From assembly GCA_039591175.1 (NCBI GenBank), contig JBDHED010000001.1, forward strand, positions 452-64,451: DNA of 64,000 nucleotides, in the 5' to 3' direction. How positions within the stretch are numbered: position 1 is the first letter of the stretch; each line of letters starts with the position of its first letter. The notes under the pieces are model-generated. The model had not been told where the DNA came from. It searched no databases and saw only the letters and a list, made by a program, of their open reading frames with translations. The DNA comes from Gemmatimonadota bacterium. GTDB lineage: Bacteria; Gemmatimonadota; Gemmatimonadetes; JACCXV01; JAHWKZ01. The position numbers were made by a program, and so were the translations under genes. Positions 46,860 through 56,006 of the stretch are shown here, piece after piece.

Positions 46860-48302
46860 TCACGCTTCGGCGAAGTGGCTCGGGATGTCTATCCCGTACT
46901 TATCGGGGTCGAGCACCTTGACGATCGATCTCGAATACTGGCCATCATCTTCCTGCTCCGTCAAGCTCAGTTCCGGCCCATCGACTCGAACCCCATCGGG
47001 TGCGGCGATTAGTCTGACCCTGGGCCGACGGAGGTTTTTCGCACTTGGATCTGGGGTCATTACGATCGCGACTTCACCCGTGTCGAGCAGGCACATCGAC
47101 CCGACGGGGACGATGCCGAGGACGCTGATGAATGCCTTGACCAAGACGGGATCGAAACGAGTCCCACTTTGCTCCTCGAGAATCTCGACCATGCGAGCCG
47201 GAGTGATCGGGTCGGTCTTGTAGACGCGAGGCGTGGTGCCGGCGTCAAAGGCGTCGGCGATCCCAACGATCTTGGAGTAGAACGAGAGTTCACGAGAGGT
47301 GTAGAGCTTCGGGTAGCCGGACAGGTCGATGTTGAGATGGTGCTCGAAGGCGACCAACATTTCGTGGGCCGGCATCGTGCCAGAAGCACGTTCCGCGACC
47401 AACCGCCACGCCCCGTAGGTTGTGTGGCGCTGCATGACGCTCCATTCATCGTCGGTCAGGCTGCCGGCTTTGTTCAGCACTTCCTTGGGGACGTCGACTT
47501 TTCCGATGTCGTGCAACAAGGCCGCCAATCCAAGCTTATACAGCTCGAGCCGAGTCAATCCAATCTTGTGACCGAGCGACACGGATAGGATGCACACGTT
47601 TACGGAGTGTGTGAACGTGGGTTCGTCGTAGTCTCGAAGGCAGGTCATGCCCAGGATCAACATCTGCTCCGTTAGGACTTCGTCGACAATGGACTGCACG
47701 GCGCGCCGGATTCGGTAACGCGGTGGTAAACGGCCCTCGCGCTGACTCTCGAGCAAGTCGCGAACAACCGCGACGCCCATTCGATATGTGACACCGACGC
47801 GTTCCTTCGTCAGGGAGTCGGCCTCGGCGAACGGATCGTGCACGATCTCACCGCCGCGCGTGAGCACTTTCACGTTCTGAATCCCGGCTTCAGCCAGGCG
47901 CGCCCCAAGAGTCACGTGCTCGCGGCCCCCGTTTGTCGTGTAGCGACTGACTATGGCTGCGAAGTCGGCGGCTTCGTCGGCGTCGATTAGCGCGGTCCAC
48001 TCGAATCCACCAATCCCAAGTTCGTCCACGAAAGTCCGGAGCTTCGAGTACAGCTCGTAGGTATGCAACTCCATGCGCACGCGGACCCCGTTGACCTCGA
48101 TGATGTCGTCGCCGACCTCGAGCTTTGCCGCTTGGTCGAGGTCGTGCAGCGATCGGATGCAGGCCGCCAATTTCTGCCCCGCCGATTTGAGCGTCTCGTT
48201 GCTGGGCTCATAGAGCTGTGCCGAGCGGAACGCGACCCAGAGGTCCTGGACTAGCTCGGTGCCGAGCCCATGCCGGGCGTGGATGATCGGGCTGATGCTC
48301 AC
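46860..48302 (-). CDS. HD-GYP domain protein (putative cyclic-di-nucleotide phosphodiesterase) with DUF3391-like N-terminal domain
   Basis: ...FTHSVNVCILSVSLGHKIGLTRLELYKLGLAALLHDIGKVDVPKEVLNKAGSLTDDEWSVMQRHTTYGAWRL...FEHHLNIDLSGYPKLY... shows the HD and GYP signatures. Confidence 0.85.
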   Translation of the reverse strand: MSISPIIHARHGLGTELVQDLWVAFRSAQLYEPSNETLKSAGQKLAACIRSLHDLDQAAKLEVGDDIIEVNGVRVRMELHTYELYSKLRTFVDELGIGGFEWTALIDADEAADFAAIVSRYTTNGGREHVTLGARLAEAGIQNVKVLTRGGEIVHDPFAEADSLTKERVGVTYRMGVAVVRDLLESQREGRLPPRYRIRRAVQSIVDEVLTEQMLILGMTCLRDYDEPTFTHSVNVCILSVSLGHKIGLTRLELYKLGLAALLHDIGKVDVPKEVLNKAGSLTDDEWSVMQRHTTYGAWRLVAERASGTMPAHEMLVAFEHHLNIDLSGYPKLYTSRELSFYSKIVGIADAFDAGTTPRVYKTDPITPARMVEILEEQSGTRFDPVLVKAFISVLGIVPVGSMCLLDTGEVAIVMTPDPSAKNLRRPRVRLIAAPDGVRVDGPELSLTEQEDDGQYSRSIVKVLDPDKYGIDIPSHFAEA

Positions 48303-49987
48303 GGTCGCTGACCCACCTTTTCGAGGTCGCCGTCCAGTGCCCTTCTGGCCGCTTGTCGGACATGCGGGCTACCGGATTCACTCGCCTGTTCGAGGATCTC
48401 CCGGCCAGTGACTGTGTGGGTGGCGAGCAGCCCGACGGCGGCATTGAACGCCCCCTCTGGGTCCACACGGCGGAAGAAACCACCGCGCCGCCTCAAGCGC
48501 CTCGACAGCGAGTGGACGACGGTCGAGCCGCCGAGCTTGCCGTAGGCCTCGAAAAGGAGTCGCCGCTCGGCCGATGACCGATCCGACAACTCGCGCGAGT
48601 TGATCACTGAAGCGACGCGCTTGAGAGCGAGCGTGTATTCATGGCCGATCACGTGTCGCAGGGCGTAGAGGCGAATCGCCGGATCGTCGTCGTCGATTCG
48701 ATCGGCGATCAACTCTAGGGCCCGTGGGTGCTCGAAGATCTTGAGTGCCAGCAGTGCTTCGCGTCTCAGCTTTGAGTCGGGCCTGGTCAACATCTTCCCC
48801 AATGGCTCGATCAGCCGCGAATCGGACATCAAACCGGCGAGATACGCCGCTGATCTCGCTGCGCTGCGATCGGTGCTCTCCATTGAAGCCACCAAGGCTT
48901 CCGGATCGGACTCGGCCAGCTCAACAAATGTCTCGGCCAGGATCGGACGCTGGCAGAGACGCTTGAAGTCGGGCAATCCCGCCAGCAGAGCGGACACATT
49001 CCGGGTGCCGAAGATCCGGTAGTAGGCGGCCACATCGGCCTCGGTGCTTTGACCTGCCTCGAGCCGCACGCTCAGCTGTTCCAAGACCCTCGTCCCAAGC
49101 GATGCGGCGCGCATCTGGCCAAAGGTTTCCTGCGCACGAGCATCGGCCTGGCCCTCGTCCACGCAGGGCTGGAAAAGCTCGTGCATCTCCTGCACCGCCT
49201 CGAATTCGTTGCGTTCGAGCAGCGCGTGTTGGATCTCGTTGAGGGCTTCGAGAATCGGGGTTGGATCTTCGTGTGGTGGGTTGATCACCAGCTCGCGCAT
49301 ACAACTCAATACTTGGGTCAGGGCACCTCGTTCGTGCTCGCGGTGCAGCTGTTGCTCGAGGTACGCCATGTCTTCATCATCGAGCCGGTACAAGTTTGGT
49401 TCGCTTTCGTAAATCAACGGAAAACGGGTGATGTCGATTCGGTCGTCGTCGTCGAGCTCGAGCGTCGGCACGTCCTCATCCGAGTCCACGTCTGGGACCA
49501 GGTCGAGCTTGGCGGGCACCCACTCGCGGTCGGCGAGCCGCTCGACATACGAATACCGGATGTGCAGCAGCCGCTCCTCCCAGAGTCGCGCGATCAACTC
49601 GGACTCAAAACCGGCCGTGGCGGAGGCGGCGACGTTGTCGAGGAAAATCGCCAACTCGTCTTCCACGAGTCCGGGATAGAAGGCGAGTTTTCGCAGTCCC
49701 TCGCGATACATCAGAAAGGCGAGCGAATCGGTGCCCGTCGGGTGCTGATAGACGATCTCGTCAAGCCATTGGAAGGTGTCTTCCCTTATCTCCAGCTCGA
49801 GCGGACCGAAGGTGTTGAGGAGCTCGTCGATTCGAGCGGTTGCTGCGGATTCGGTCTCGAGGCGTTGCGGGTGTCCGGGATCGTAGAGCCGTCGCACCTT
49901 GAACACGCGCACGAGCTCGTTCATGAGGTCCGCCGCAGCCTGCGCATGGGGTGAGCTAATCCCGGGGGCGAGCGACTCGCTTGTCAC
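48299..49987 (-). CDS. HEAT/PBS-lyase repeat protein with N-terminal domain paralogous to the HD-GYP protein's N-terminus
   Basis: The C-terminal third has repeated ...AARSAAYLAGLMSDSRLIEPLGKMLTRPDSKLRREALLALKIF...DDDPAIRLYALRHVIG... HEAT-like units. The N-terminus LMNELVRVFKVRRLYDPGHPQ...LELEIREDTFQW parallels LVQDLWVAFRSAQLYEPSNET...LEVGDDIIEVNG of the adjacent HD-GYP. The two genes overlap by 4 nt. Confidence 0.55.
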   Translation of the reverse strand: MTSESLAPGISSPHAQAAADLMNELVRVFKVRRLYDPGHPQRLETESAATARIDELLNTFGPLELEIREDTFQWLDEIVYQHPTGTDSLAFLMYREGLRKLAFYPGLVEDELAIFLDNVAASATAGFESELIARLWEERLLHIRYSYVERLADREWVPAKLDLVPDVDSDEDVPTLELDDDDRIDITRFPLIYESEPNLYRLDDEDMAYLEQQLHREHERGALTQVLSCMRELVINPPHEDPTPILEALNEIQHALLERNEFEAVQEMHELFQPCVDEGQADARAQETFGQMRAASLGTRVLEQLSVRLEAGQSTEADVAAYYRIFGTRNVSALLAGLPDFKRLCQRPILAETFVELAESDPEALVASMESTDRSAARSAAYLAGLMSDSRLIEPLGKMLTRPDSKLRREALLALKIFEHPRALELIADRIDDDDPAIRLYALRHVIGHEYTLALKRVASVINSRELSDRSSAERRLLFEAYGKLGGSTVVHSLSRRLRRRGGFFRRVDPEGAFNAAVGLLATHTVTGREILEQASESGSPHVRQAARRALDGDLEKVGQRP

Positions 49988-49991
49988 GATC

Positions 49992-50020
49992 TTGACTTTC
50001 GGGGTTTATTCGGTAATCTT
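49992..50020 (+). promoter_or_regulatory. Candidate sigma70-type promoter for lexA in the divergent intergenic region (-35 TTGACT, -10 TAATCT, 16-nt spacer)
   Basis: TTGACT is at 49992-49997 and TAATCT at 50014-50019, about 37 nt upstream of the lexA ATG at 50057. No convincing LexA-box palindrome was recognised by eye. Confidence 0.25.
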
Positions 50021-50056
50021 GCTATCGGCATTTACCACCAGCCGCGAGGTCAACGC

Positions 50057-50540
50057 ATGAACCTAACCAAGCGCCAACGTGAAATATATGACTACATCCA
50101 GTCATTTCTGGAACAGCATGGATACGCTCCGAGCCTTGACGCCTCCGGGGTCCGCCGCAGCGGTCGAACTGCCGCTGCTCGGCCAGGTCGCAGCCGGTGA
50201 GCCGCTCGAGGCGATACAGACCGATGACACGATCGCCATCCCCGAGCACTTGCTAGGACGCGGCGAGACGTTCGTGCTGCGCGTCCGTGGCGACTCGATG
50301 ATCGACGAGCAGGTTCAGGACGGTGACTACTTGATCGTCGAGCGGCGCCAGACGGCGCGCGATGGAGAGCGCGTAGTTGCGCTCATCGACGGCGAGAGCG
50401 CCACCTTCAAGACGTTCTTCCGCGGTCCAGACCGCACTGTCATGTTGCAGCCCGCAAACGAGCAGTTGGAACCGATTCAGCTAGATGCTGATCGGGTCGA
50501 GATTCAAGGCGTGGCGATCGGGATATTGCGGAAGTACTAA
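50057..50540 (+). pseudogene. lexA: lexA-like repressor gene with apparent internal deletion and +1 frameshift removing the HTH DNA-recognition region. The S24 peptidase domain is intact in the second frame
   Basis: The frame from ATG 50057 reads MNLTKRQREIYDYIQSFLEQHGYAPSL (LexA helix 1; compare B. subtilis LSKRQLDILRFIKAEVKSKGYPPSV). It then runs into DASGVRRSGRTAAARPGRSR-stop. The +1 frame (ORF-track 50079..50540) continues ...RALTPPGSAAAVELPLLGQVAAGEPLEAIQ...FVLRVRGDSMIDEQVQDGDYLIVERRQTARDGERVVALIDGESATFKTF..., giving the Ala-Gly cleavage site and the Ser/Lys S24 domain. The roughly 55 residues of helix 2, helix 3 and wing expected between are absent. Confidence 0.55.
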
Positions 50541-50548
50541 CCGGTCGA

Positions 50549-51838
50549 TCAGACCTTAGTCTCTGACGTCCAAACCGGTTCTTCACCACCCGGCGCGATC
50601 GGCGGGATCGTTGCCAGGTCGCCCTCGGACGCGGCCACGATTACGGCACACGATGAATCGCCGGTGACATTGACCGCGGTCCGGCACATGTCGAGGATCC
50701 GATCGACCCCGAGGATCAGGGCGATGCCCTCGAGCGGGATCCCTACCGTACGAAGCACCAAGGCCAACGTGATCATTCCCACGCCCGGCACTCCGGCCGC
50801 GCCGATCGAAGCCAACGTGGCGGTCAGCACTACGAGCAGTTGCTGGGTGATCGACAGCTCGAGCCCGTAGACCTGCCCGATAAAGATCGTAGCGGCGCCC
50901 TGGTAGAGCGCGGTGCCATCCATGTTGATCGTCGCGCCAAGCGGGAGCACGAACGCCGAGACCTCATCCCCAACACCGAGGTTCTCCTCGGCGCACTCCA
51001 TCGTCACCGGCAGGGTAACGTTCGACGAAGATGTGCTGAACGCGACCAGTTGAGCGGGCGCGATTCCCTTGAAGAAGTGGACCGGGTTCATCCCGCTCAG
51101 GAATCGGACCGCAGTCGGATAAACAACACCGGCATGGATGATCAGGCCGACGACTACTACGGCCGAGTAAACAAACAGCGTCTCGAGTATGCCGATGCCG
51201 TACTGCCCGACGATGGCGGCGATCAGTGCGAACACACCGTAAGGCGCGATCCTCATGACCAAATGCACCAGCTTGATCATCGCCTCGTTGATGCCCTCGG
51301 CCAGGGCCACGATCGGTGTGGTGTGCTCCTTGTCGAGTTGAGTCAAGACGACACCCAGGATCAGAGCGAAGAAGATGACCTGCAGCATGTTGGCCTGGGC
51401 CAACGACTCGACAGGGTTTGTGGGAATGATGTCGAGCAGCGTGTCTATCACACCCGGCTTGTCGCCCAGCCGTTCGATGTTGACCTCGGCAGCACCCGAG
51501 AAATCGGTTAGTAACCGATCCTTGATTGTCGGGTCGAGTCGCGAGCCTGGCTTGACGATGTTTGCCAACAGCAACCCGATCGTGATCGCGATCGAGGTCG
51601 TCGCCAAGTAGTAGCTGATCGTCTTGATTCCGATTCGCCCGAGCTTCGCCAGGTCACCGAGGCTGGCCACGCCCAGCAGGATTGACGCAAAGACGAGTGG
51701 GACCACAATCATCGTAATCAGCTTGATAAATGCGTCACCGATCGGCTTGATGACTGCAATGGGAGGACCGATGATGACGCCGGCGACCGCGCCGAGCACG
51801 AGACCGAGGAGGATCTGGGTGTGGAGTTTCAGCCGCAC
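50549..51838 (-). CDS. Dicarboxylate/amino acid:cation symporter (DAACS/SDF family, GltP-like)
   Basis: ...ILLGLVLGAVAGVIIG..., ...AFSTSSSNVTLPVTMECAEENLGV..., ...GATINMDGTALYQGAATIFIGQ... The start was taken at a GTG giving MRLKLHTQ. Confidence 0.85.
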   Translation of the reverse strand: MRLKLHTQILLGLVLGAVAGVIIGPPIAVIKPIGDAFIKLITMIVVPLVFASILLGVASLGDLAKLGRIGIKTISYYLATTSIAITIGLLLANIVKPGSRLDPTIKDRLLTDFSGAAEVNIERLGDKPGVIDTLLDIIPTNPVESLAQANMLQVIFFALILGVVLTQLDKEHTTPIVALAEGINEAMIKLVHLVMRIAPYGVFALIAAIVGQYGIGILETLFVYSAVVVVGLIIHAGVVYPTAVRFLSGMNPVHFFKGIAPAQLVAFSTSSSNVTLPVTMECAEENLGVGDEVSAFVLPLGATINMDGTALYQGAATIFIGQVYGLELSITQQLLVVLTATLASIGAAGVPGVGMITLALVLRTVGIPLEGIALILGVDRILDMCRTAVNVTGDSSCAVIVAASEGDLATIPPIAPGGEEPVWTSETKV

Positions 51839-51941
51839 GGCAGCCGAACGTAGTGACCGGCGGCTCGACGTGTCAAACACACCGCTGAAATTGCTTCTCA
51901 ACAACCGCGCCGATATTTTCCTACTTTACCTGGACGAACGC

Positions 51942-52679
51942 ATGTCGAAGCGCCTCAAAGGTGTGCTCCAGTATGACGGCACCGGGTACCGCGGATGGCA
52001 GAGGCAAGCCGACGCGCAGACGGTGCAGGGGGTCTGCGAACACTCGCTCGAAAAGATCCTCGGAGGACACGTATCGGTGGTCGCTTCGGGCCGTACCGAT
52101 ACCGGCGTGCACGCCCGTGCCCAAGTGGTTCACTTCGAACACGAAACGACGATCGGGAATCCCGAGCTGAAGCGCGCCTGGAACGCACAGCTGCCGAACG
52201 ACGTATGGGTCGAGCGGTTGACGACCGCCGCAGCGGACTTTCATGCGCGGCACGACGCGGTGACACGCACATACCGGTACTTTGTCGCCGACGGGCGACT
52301 CGCACATTCACCGTTCGTGTGTCGTTATACGTGGGCTCTCGATCGGCGGCCCGACTGGGATGCGATCAGCGAGGCAACGTTCTCGATAGTTGGGGCACAC
52401 GACTTTCGGCACTTTGCCAAGGGGGTTTCAGAAGGTCAGTGCTTAGTGGACTCCGCCAAGTGGCATCGCACCCGGAATGGGTACGCCTTGGAGATCACCG
52501 CCAATCGTTTCCTTCGTCACATGGTGCGTGCGCTCGTGGGGGCGTTGATTTCCATAGGCCGCGGACAGATTCAACCGTCCTCGCTGTCTCGGGCGCTGCA
52601 GCCGCACGGCGAGCCCGTCGCGGCAGCTCACGCACCTCCCGAGGGGCTTTTCCTTTGGAAGGTCAAGTATGCGCGCTGA
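51942..52679 (+). CDS. truA: tRNA pseudouridine(38-40) synthase
   Basis: MSKRLKGVLQYDGTGYRGWQRQ...VVASGRTDTGVHARAQVVHFE... Catalytic Asp is in RTDTGVHA. The 5' extension in the ORF track overlaps the divergent transporter and was judged spurious. Confidence 0.9.
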   Translation: MSKRLKGVLQYDGTGYRGWQRQADAQTVQGVCEHSLEKILGGHVSVVASGRTDTGVHARAQVVHFEHETTIGNPELKRAWNAQLPNDVWVERLTTAAADFHARHDAVTRTYRYFVADGRLAHSPFVCRYTWALDRRPDWDAISEATFSIVGAHDFRHFAKGVSEGQCLVDSAKWHRTRNGYALEITANRFLRHMVRALVGALISIGRGQIQPSSLSRALQPHGEPVAAAHAPPEGLFLWKVKYAR

Positions 52680-54108
52680 GCGGCTGACCGCCGGTCTGTT
52701 GCTCGTGGCCCTGTTGGTGGGGGTGTCATGGTGGCGGTCAGAGAACTCGACAGCCGGCAACGACCAATCGCTGGCTAGCGCTCGGGCGCAATCCCCAAAT
52801 CAAATCGCCGAGTCGCGCCGCACCGCAATCGTGGTAGCCGCCGAAAGCGTGGGGCCAGCGGTCGTTTCGGTAAACGTGGTTTCCACGCAGGTCGTCCGTG
52901 AACGGAGCCCGTTTGATGATCCTTTCTTTCGCGGGTTGTTTCCACCGCGAGAACGATTGCGGCAGGTCCAGAACTTGGGCTCGGGTTTTATCGTCTCCGA
53001 GGATGGCTACGTAATTACCAACCAACACGTCGTGCGTGGCGCAACCGACATCGTGGTCACGCTAATGGACGGCCGCCAACTCGATGCCGAGCTGGTCGCC
53101 GGAGACGAAGCCACCGATCTCGCTTTCCTCCGGGTCGACGGCGAAGATCTACCGGTCGCCACACTGGGCGACTCTGACAACTTGTTGATCGGTGAGTGGG
53201 CGATCGCGATCGGCAATCCTTACGGCTACCTCCTGGCTGACCGAAACCCGTCCGTCACAGTGGGTGTGATCTCGGCGCTTGGCCGCGACGTGCAACCCGA
53301 GGTCCGAGGCGCCGGGCGCCAGCCGCAGATTTGGTCAAACATGATTCAAACCGACGCCGCCATAAACCCGGGCAACTCCGGCGGCCCACTTGTCAACGCC
53401 CAGGGTGAGGTGATTGGCGTCAATGCGTTCATCTTCTCGGGCGGCACCGGAGGATCGATCGGACTCGGATTCGCGATTCCGATCAATCGCGCCCGGCGGG
53501 CGCTCGATGATATCGTCAGCTTTGGCTCCATCCGGCGTCCCTGGACGGGACTGCACCTGGCAGAACTCGATAGCGATGGTCAGCCTCCACGCGGTGTCGA
53601 GGTAGAACGCGTAGATCCGGGAAGCCCGGCGGAGCGCGTCGACCTTCGGCCCGGCGACATCATCACCCAGACCGACGGCCGGGTGCTGCCTTCTCCGATC
53701 GAGTGGCAAGGCAGGCTGCTCGATCTACCCTCGGGCCAGTCAATCGCGATCACGGCTGAACGCAACGGCGAAGCCTTCAGTGTGACGCTCGTCCCCGAGG
53801 AGGACCCCCTCGTGCTCGCGGAGCGACTCGAGACACCCTTTGACGCCTCGGTGGTGGTGGTCACCCCAACGCTGGCGTCTCATCTCAGCCTCGCCAACGA
53901 TTACGGTTTCTATCTCGATCGAGTCGACCTGAGCTCCGGTTTTAGGCGGTTGGGTTTGCGCTCTGGTGACATATTGCTGGCGGTTGGCCAACGCCGGCTC
54001 GACGGTGCAGAAGATCTGAATGAGTTTGTTGAAGCCCTTCAGTCGGGGCGGCCACTCACACTGTTCATCGAACGCGACGGCGTCGTCTCCCGGATCTCAA
54101 CGCGCTGA
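52669..54108 (+). CDS. htrA: HtrA/DegP-family periplasmic serine protease with two PDZ domains
   Basis: TM anchor LLLVALLVGVSWW. Trypsin-like domain with ...TNQHVV (His), ...DLAFLRV (Asp), ...GNSGGPLVNAQGEVIGVN (Ser). Two PDZ-like segments follow. Confidence 0.88.
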   Translation: MRAERLTAGLLLVALLVGVSWWRSENSTAGNDQSLASARAQSPNQIAESRRTAIVVAAESVGPAVVSVNVVSTQVVRERSPFDDPFFRGLFPPRERLRQVQNLGSGFIVSEDGYVITNQHVVRGATDIVVTLMDGRQLDAELVAGDEATDLAFLRVDGEDLPVATLGDSDNLLIGEWAIAIGNPYGYLLADRNPSVTVGVISALGRDVQPEVRGAGRQPQIWSNMIQTDAAINPGNSGGPLVNAQGEVIGVNAFIFSGGTGGSIGLGFAIPINRARRALDDIVSFGSIRRPWTGLHLAELDSDGQPPRGVEVERVDPGSPAERVDLRPGDIITQTDGRVLPSPIEWQGRLLDLPSGQSIAITAERNGEAFSVTLVPEEDPLVLAERLETPFDASVVVVTPTLASHLSLANDYGFYLDRVDLSSGFRRLGLRSGDILLAVGQRRLDGAEDLNEFVEALQSGRPLTLFIERDGVVSRISTR

Positions 54109-54118
54109 GAGGACAAAC

Positions 54119-55057
54119 ATGCAACCGACATTGACGCCTGAGGTGACATCCGTCATCCTCCCCGTCTCCCACCTGGCGAGCGGCAAGGTGCGCGAAATGT
54201 TCGCGCTTGGCGACGAGCTACTGATCGTGACCACGGATCGATTGTCGGCCCATGACATCGTGTTTGAGCAAGGTATCCCGGATAAGGGCGCCGTTCTTAC
54301 GCACCTGTCCGACTACTGGTTCGATCGACTCGAAGCGGCCGCTCCGCACCATCGACTCACGACCGACATCGATGATCTCATCGAGCGCGCACCCGAACTG
54401 GCGGACCATCGCGAGACGCTCGCCGGGCGGTCCATGCTCTGCCGCCGGGCCGAACCCCTGCCGGTCGAATGCGTGGTCCGCGGTTACCTCGATGGTTCCG
54501 GTTGGCGTGAGTACACCCAAACCGGAACGGTGACGGGCATCGGGTTGCCGCCGGGTCTCCAGCGCGGGAGCCTCCTTCCGGAGCCGATCTTCACTCCTGC
54601 CATTAAAGCTGAGAGCGGTCACGATGAAAACATCTCGTACGATAAGCTCGAGTCAAAGGTCGGCGCTGATCTGGCGGCTCGCCTGCGAGACCGCTCGCTG
54701 GCACTGTACGCCGAGGGACGCGCTCACGCCGTCGAGCGGGGTCTCATCGTGGCCGACACGAAGTTCGAATTCGGTTGGAGCACGGGAGACGATCGCGAAT
54801 TGTTGCTGATCGACGAGGTCTTGACACCAGATTCGTCGCGCTATTGGGACGCTGAAGAGTGGTTGCCGGGCGGTGCCCAAGCATCGTTCGACAAGCAACC
54901 GGTTCGAGATTTTCTCGATAGCGAACGTGCAGCCGATCGCTGGAACGGCGAGCCACCCCTGCCCCCCCTCGCCGAATCCGCGGTTCGCGCTACTACGGCG
55001 CGATACCGCGAGGCCTATCGGCGCATCACTGGTCGTGAGCTGCCGAGGTCCGCGTGA
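54119..55057 (+). CDS. purC: Phosphoribosylaminoimidazole-succinocarboxamide synthase
   Basis: ...SGKVREMFALGDELLIVTTDRLSAHDIVFEQGIPDKGAVLTHLSDYWFDRLE... The start was taken at MQPTLTPE. Confidence 0.9.
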   Translation: MQPTLTPEVTSVILPVSHLASGKVREMFALGDELLIVTTDRLSAHDIVFEQGIPDKGAVLTHLSDYWFDRLEAAAPHHRLTTDIDDLIERAPELADHRETLAGRSMLCRRAEPLPVECVVRGYLDGSGWREYTQTGTVTGIGLPPGLQRGSLLPEPIFTPAIKAESGHDENISYDKLESKVGADLAARLRDRSLALYAEGRAHAVERGLIVADTKFEFGWSTGDDRELLLIDEVLTPDSSRYWDAEEWLPGGAQASFDKQPVRDFLDSERAADRWNGEPPLPPLAESAVRATTARYREAYRRITGRELPRSA

Positions 55058-55311
55058 CGGCTCAGGTCGAGGTTCACATCCAGCTCAAGCCAGGCATCTT
55101 AGATCCGCAGGGCGAGACGCTCGAGAATGCGTTGACCGCTATCGGGTACCGTGGGGTCCGGGGCATGCGGGTCGGCAAATGGATCACTTTCGAGATCGAA
55201 GCTGACTCCGCTGAGGTCGAAACGCAGGTCGAGGAAATGTGCAGTAGGCTGCTCGCGAACCCGATCATCGAACGCTACGAGTACCAAGTCACGCGAGAAG
55301 CTCACACGTGA
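55054..55311 (+). CDS. purS: Phosphoribosylformylglycinamidine synthase subunit PurS
   Basis: MTAQVEVHIQLKPGILDPQGETLENAL... Confidence 0.9.
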   Translation: MTAQVEVHIQLKPGILDPQGETLENALTAIGYRGVRGMRVGKWITFEIEADSAEVETQVEEMCSRLLANPIIERYEYQVTREAHT

Positions 55312-56006
55312 GCAAAGTAGCCATCGGTATCGTTCGGTTTCCTGGCACAAACTGCGATCAGGACGTGTTCGATGCCGTGGCGGCCACCGAACGAGCTCAC
55401 CCGGTCTGGTTGTGGCATAAGGAGACCGACCTGCAAGGTGTGAAGGGGGTCGTTCTGGCGGGTGGGTTCTCGTACGGCGATTACTTGCGCGCGGGAGCGA
55501 TCGCGAGGTTCAGTCCGATTATGGAGGAGGTCGTTCGCTTCGCTGTCGACGGCGGACCAGTGCTCGGGATTTGCAATGGGTTCCAGATCTTGACCGAAGC
55601 CGGCCTGCTGCCCGGTGCTCTGATGAGAAACAACCGATTGACGTTTGTCTGCCGGCCACAGTGCTTGAGGGTCGAGACTTGCGATACACCCTTTACCGGC
55701 AAGTATGAGCCTCAGGAAATCGTCTCACTCCCCGTCGCGCACGCCGAGGGCAATTTCGCAGCCGATGCCAGCGTCATCGATCGTCTCGAAGACGAAGGCA
55801 GAGTCGTGTTCCGTTACGTTGATGAGCGAGGTGGCAACGGGCCGGGTGCGAATCCCAATGGTTCGATGAATGACATCGCCGGCGTGATCAACGCGGCCGG
55901 AAACGTGCTTGGCCTCATGCCGCATCCCGATCGTGCGATGCACGCGATGGTGGGCTCCGCCGACGGACGCCCCATCTTCGAGGGGTTGGTGGAGACAGCC
56001 GCATGA
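55308..56006 (+). CDS. purQ: Phosphoribosylformylglycinamidine synthase glutaminase subunit PurQ
   Basis: ...GVVLAGGFSYGDYLRAGAIA...VLGICNGFQIL...LMPHPDRA..., the class I amidotransferase triad regions. Confidence 0.92.
   Translation: MSKVAIGIVRFPGTNCDQDVFDAVAATERAHPVWLWHKETDLQGVKGVVLAGGFSYGDYLRAGAIARFSPIMEEVVRFAVDGGPVLGICNGFQILTEAGLLPGALMRNNRLTFVCRPQCLRVETCDTPFTGKYEPQEIVSLPVAHAEGNFAADASVIDRLEDEGRVVFRYVDERGGNGPGANPNGSMNDIAGVINAAGNVLGLMPHPDRAMHAMVGSADGRPIFEGLVETAA

Noticed and set aside
51624-51941. N-terminal 106-aa extension of the truA ORF in the track
   Set aside because: The extension overlaps the divergent DAACS transporter gene and has no similarity to TruA. TruA homology starts at MSKRLKGVLQYDGTGY (ATG 51942).
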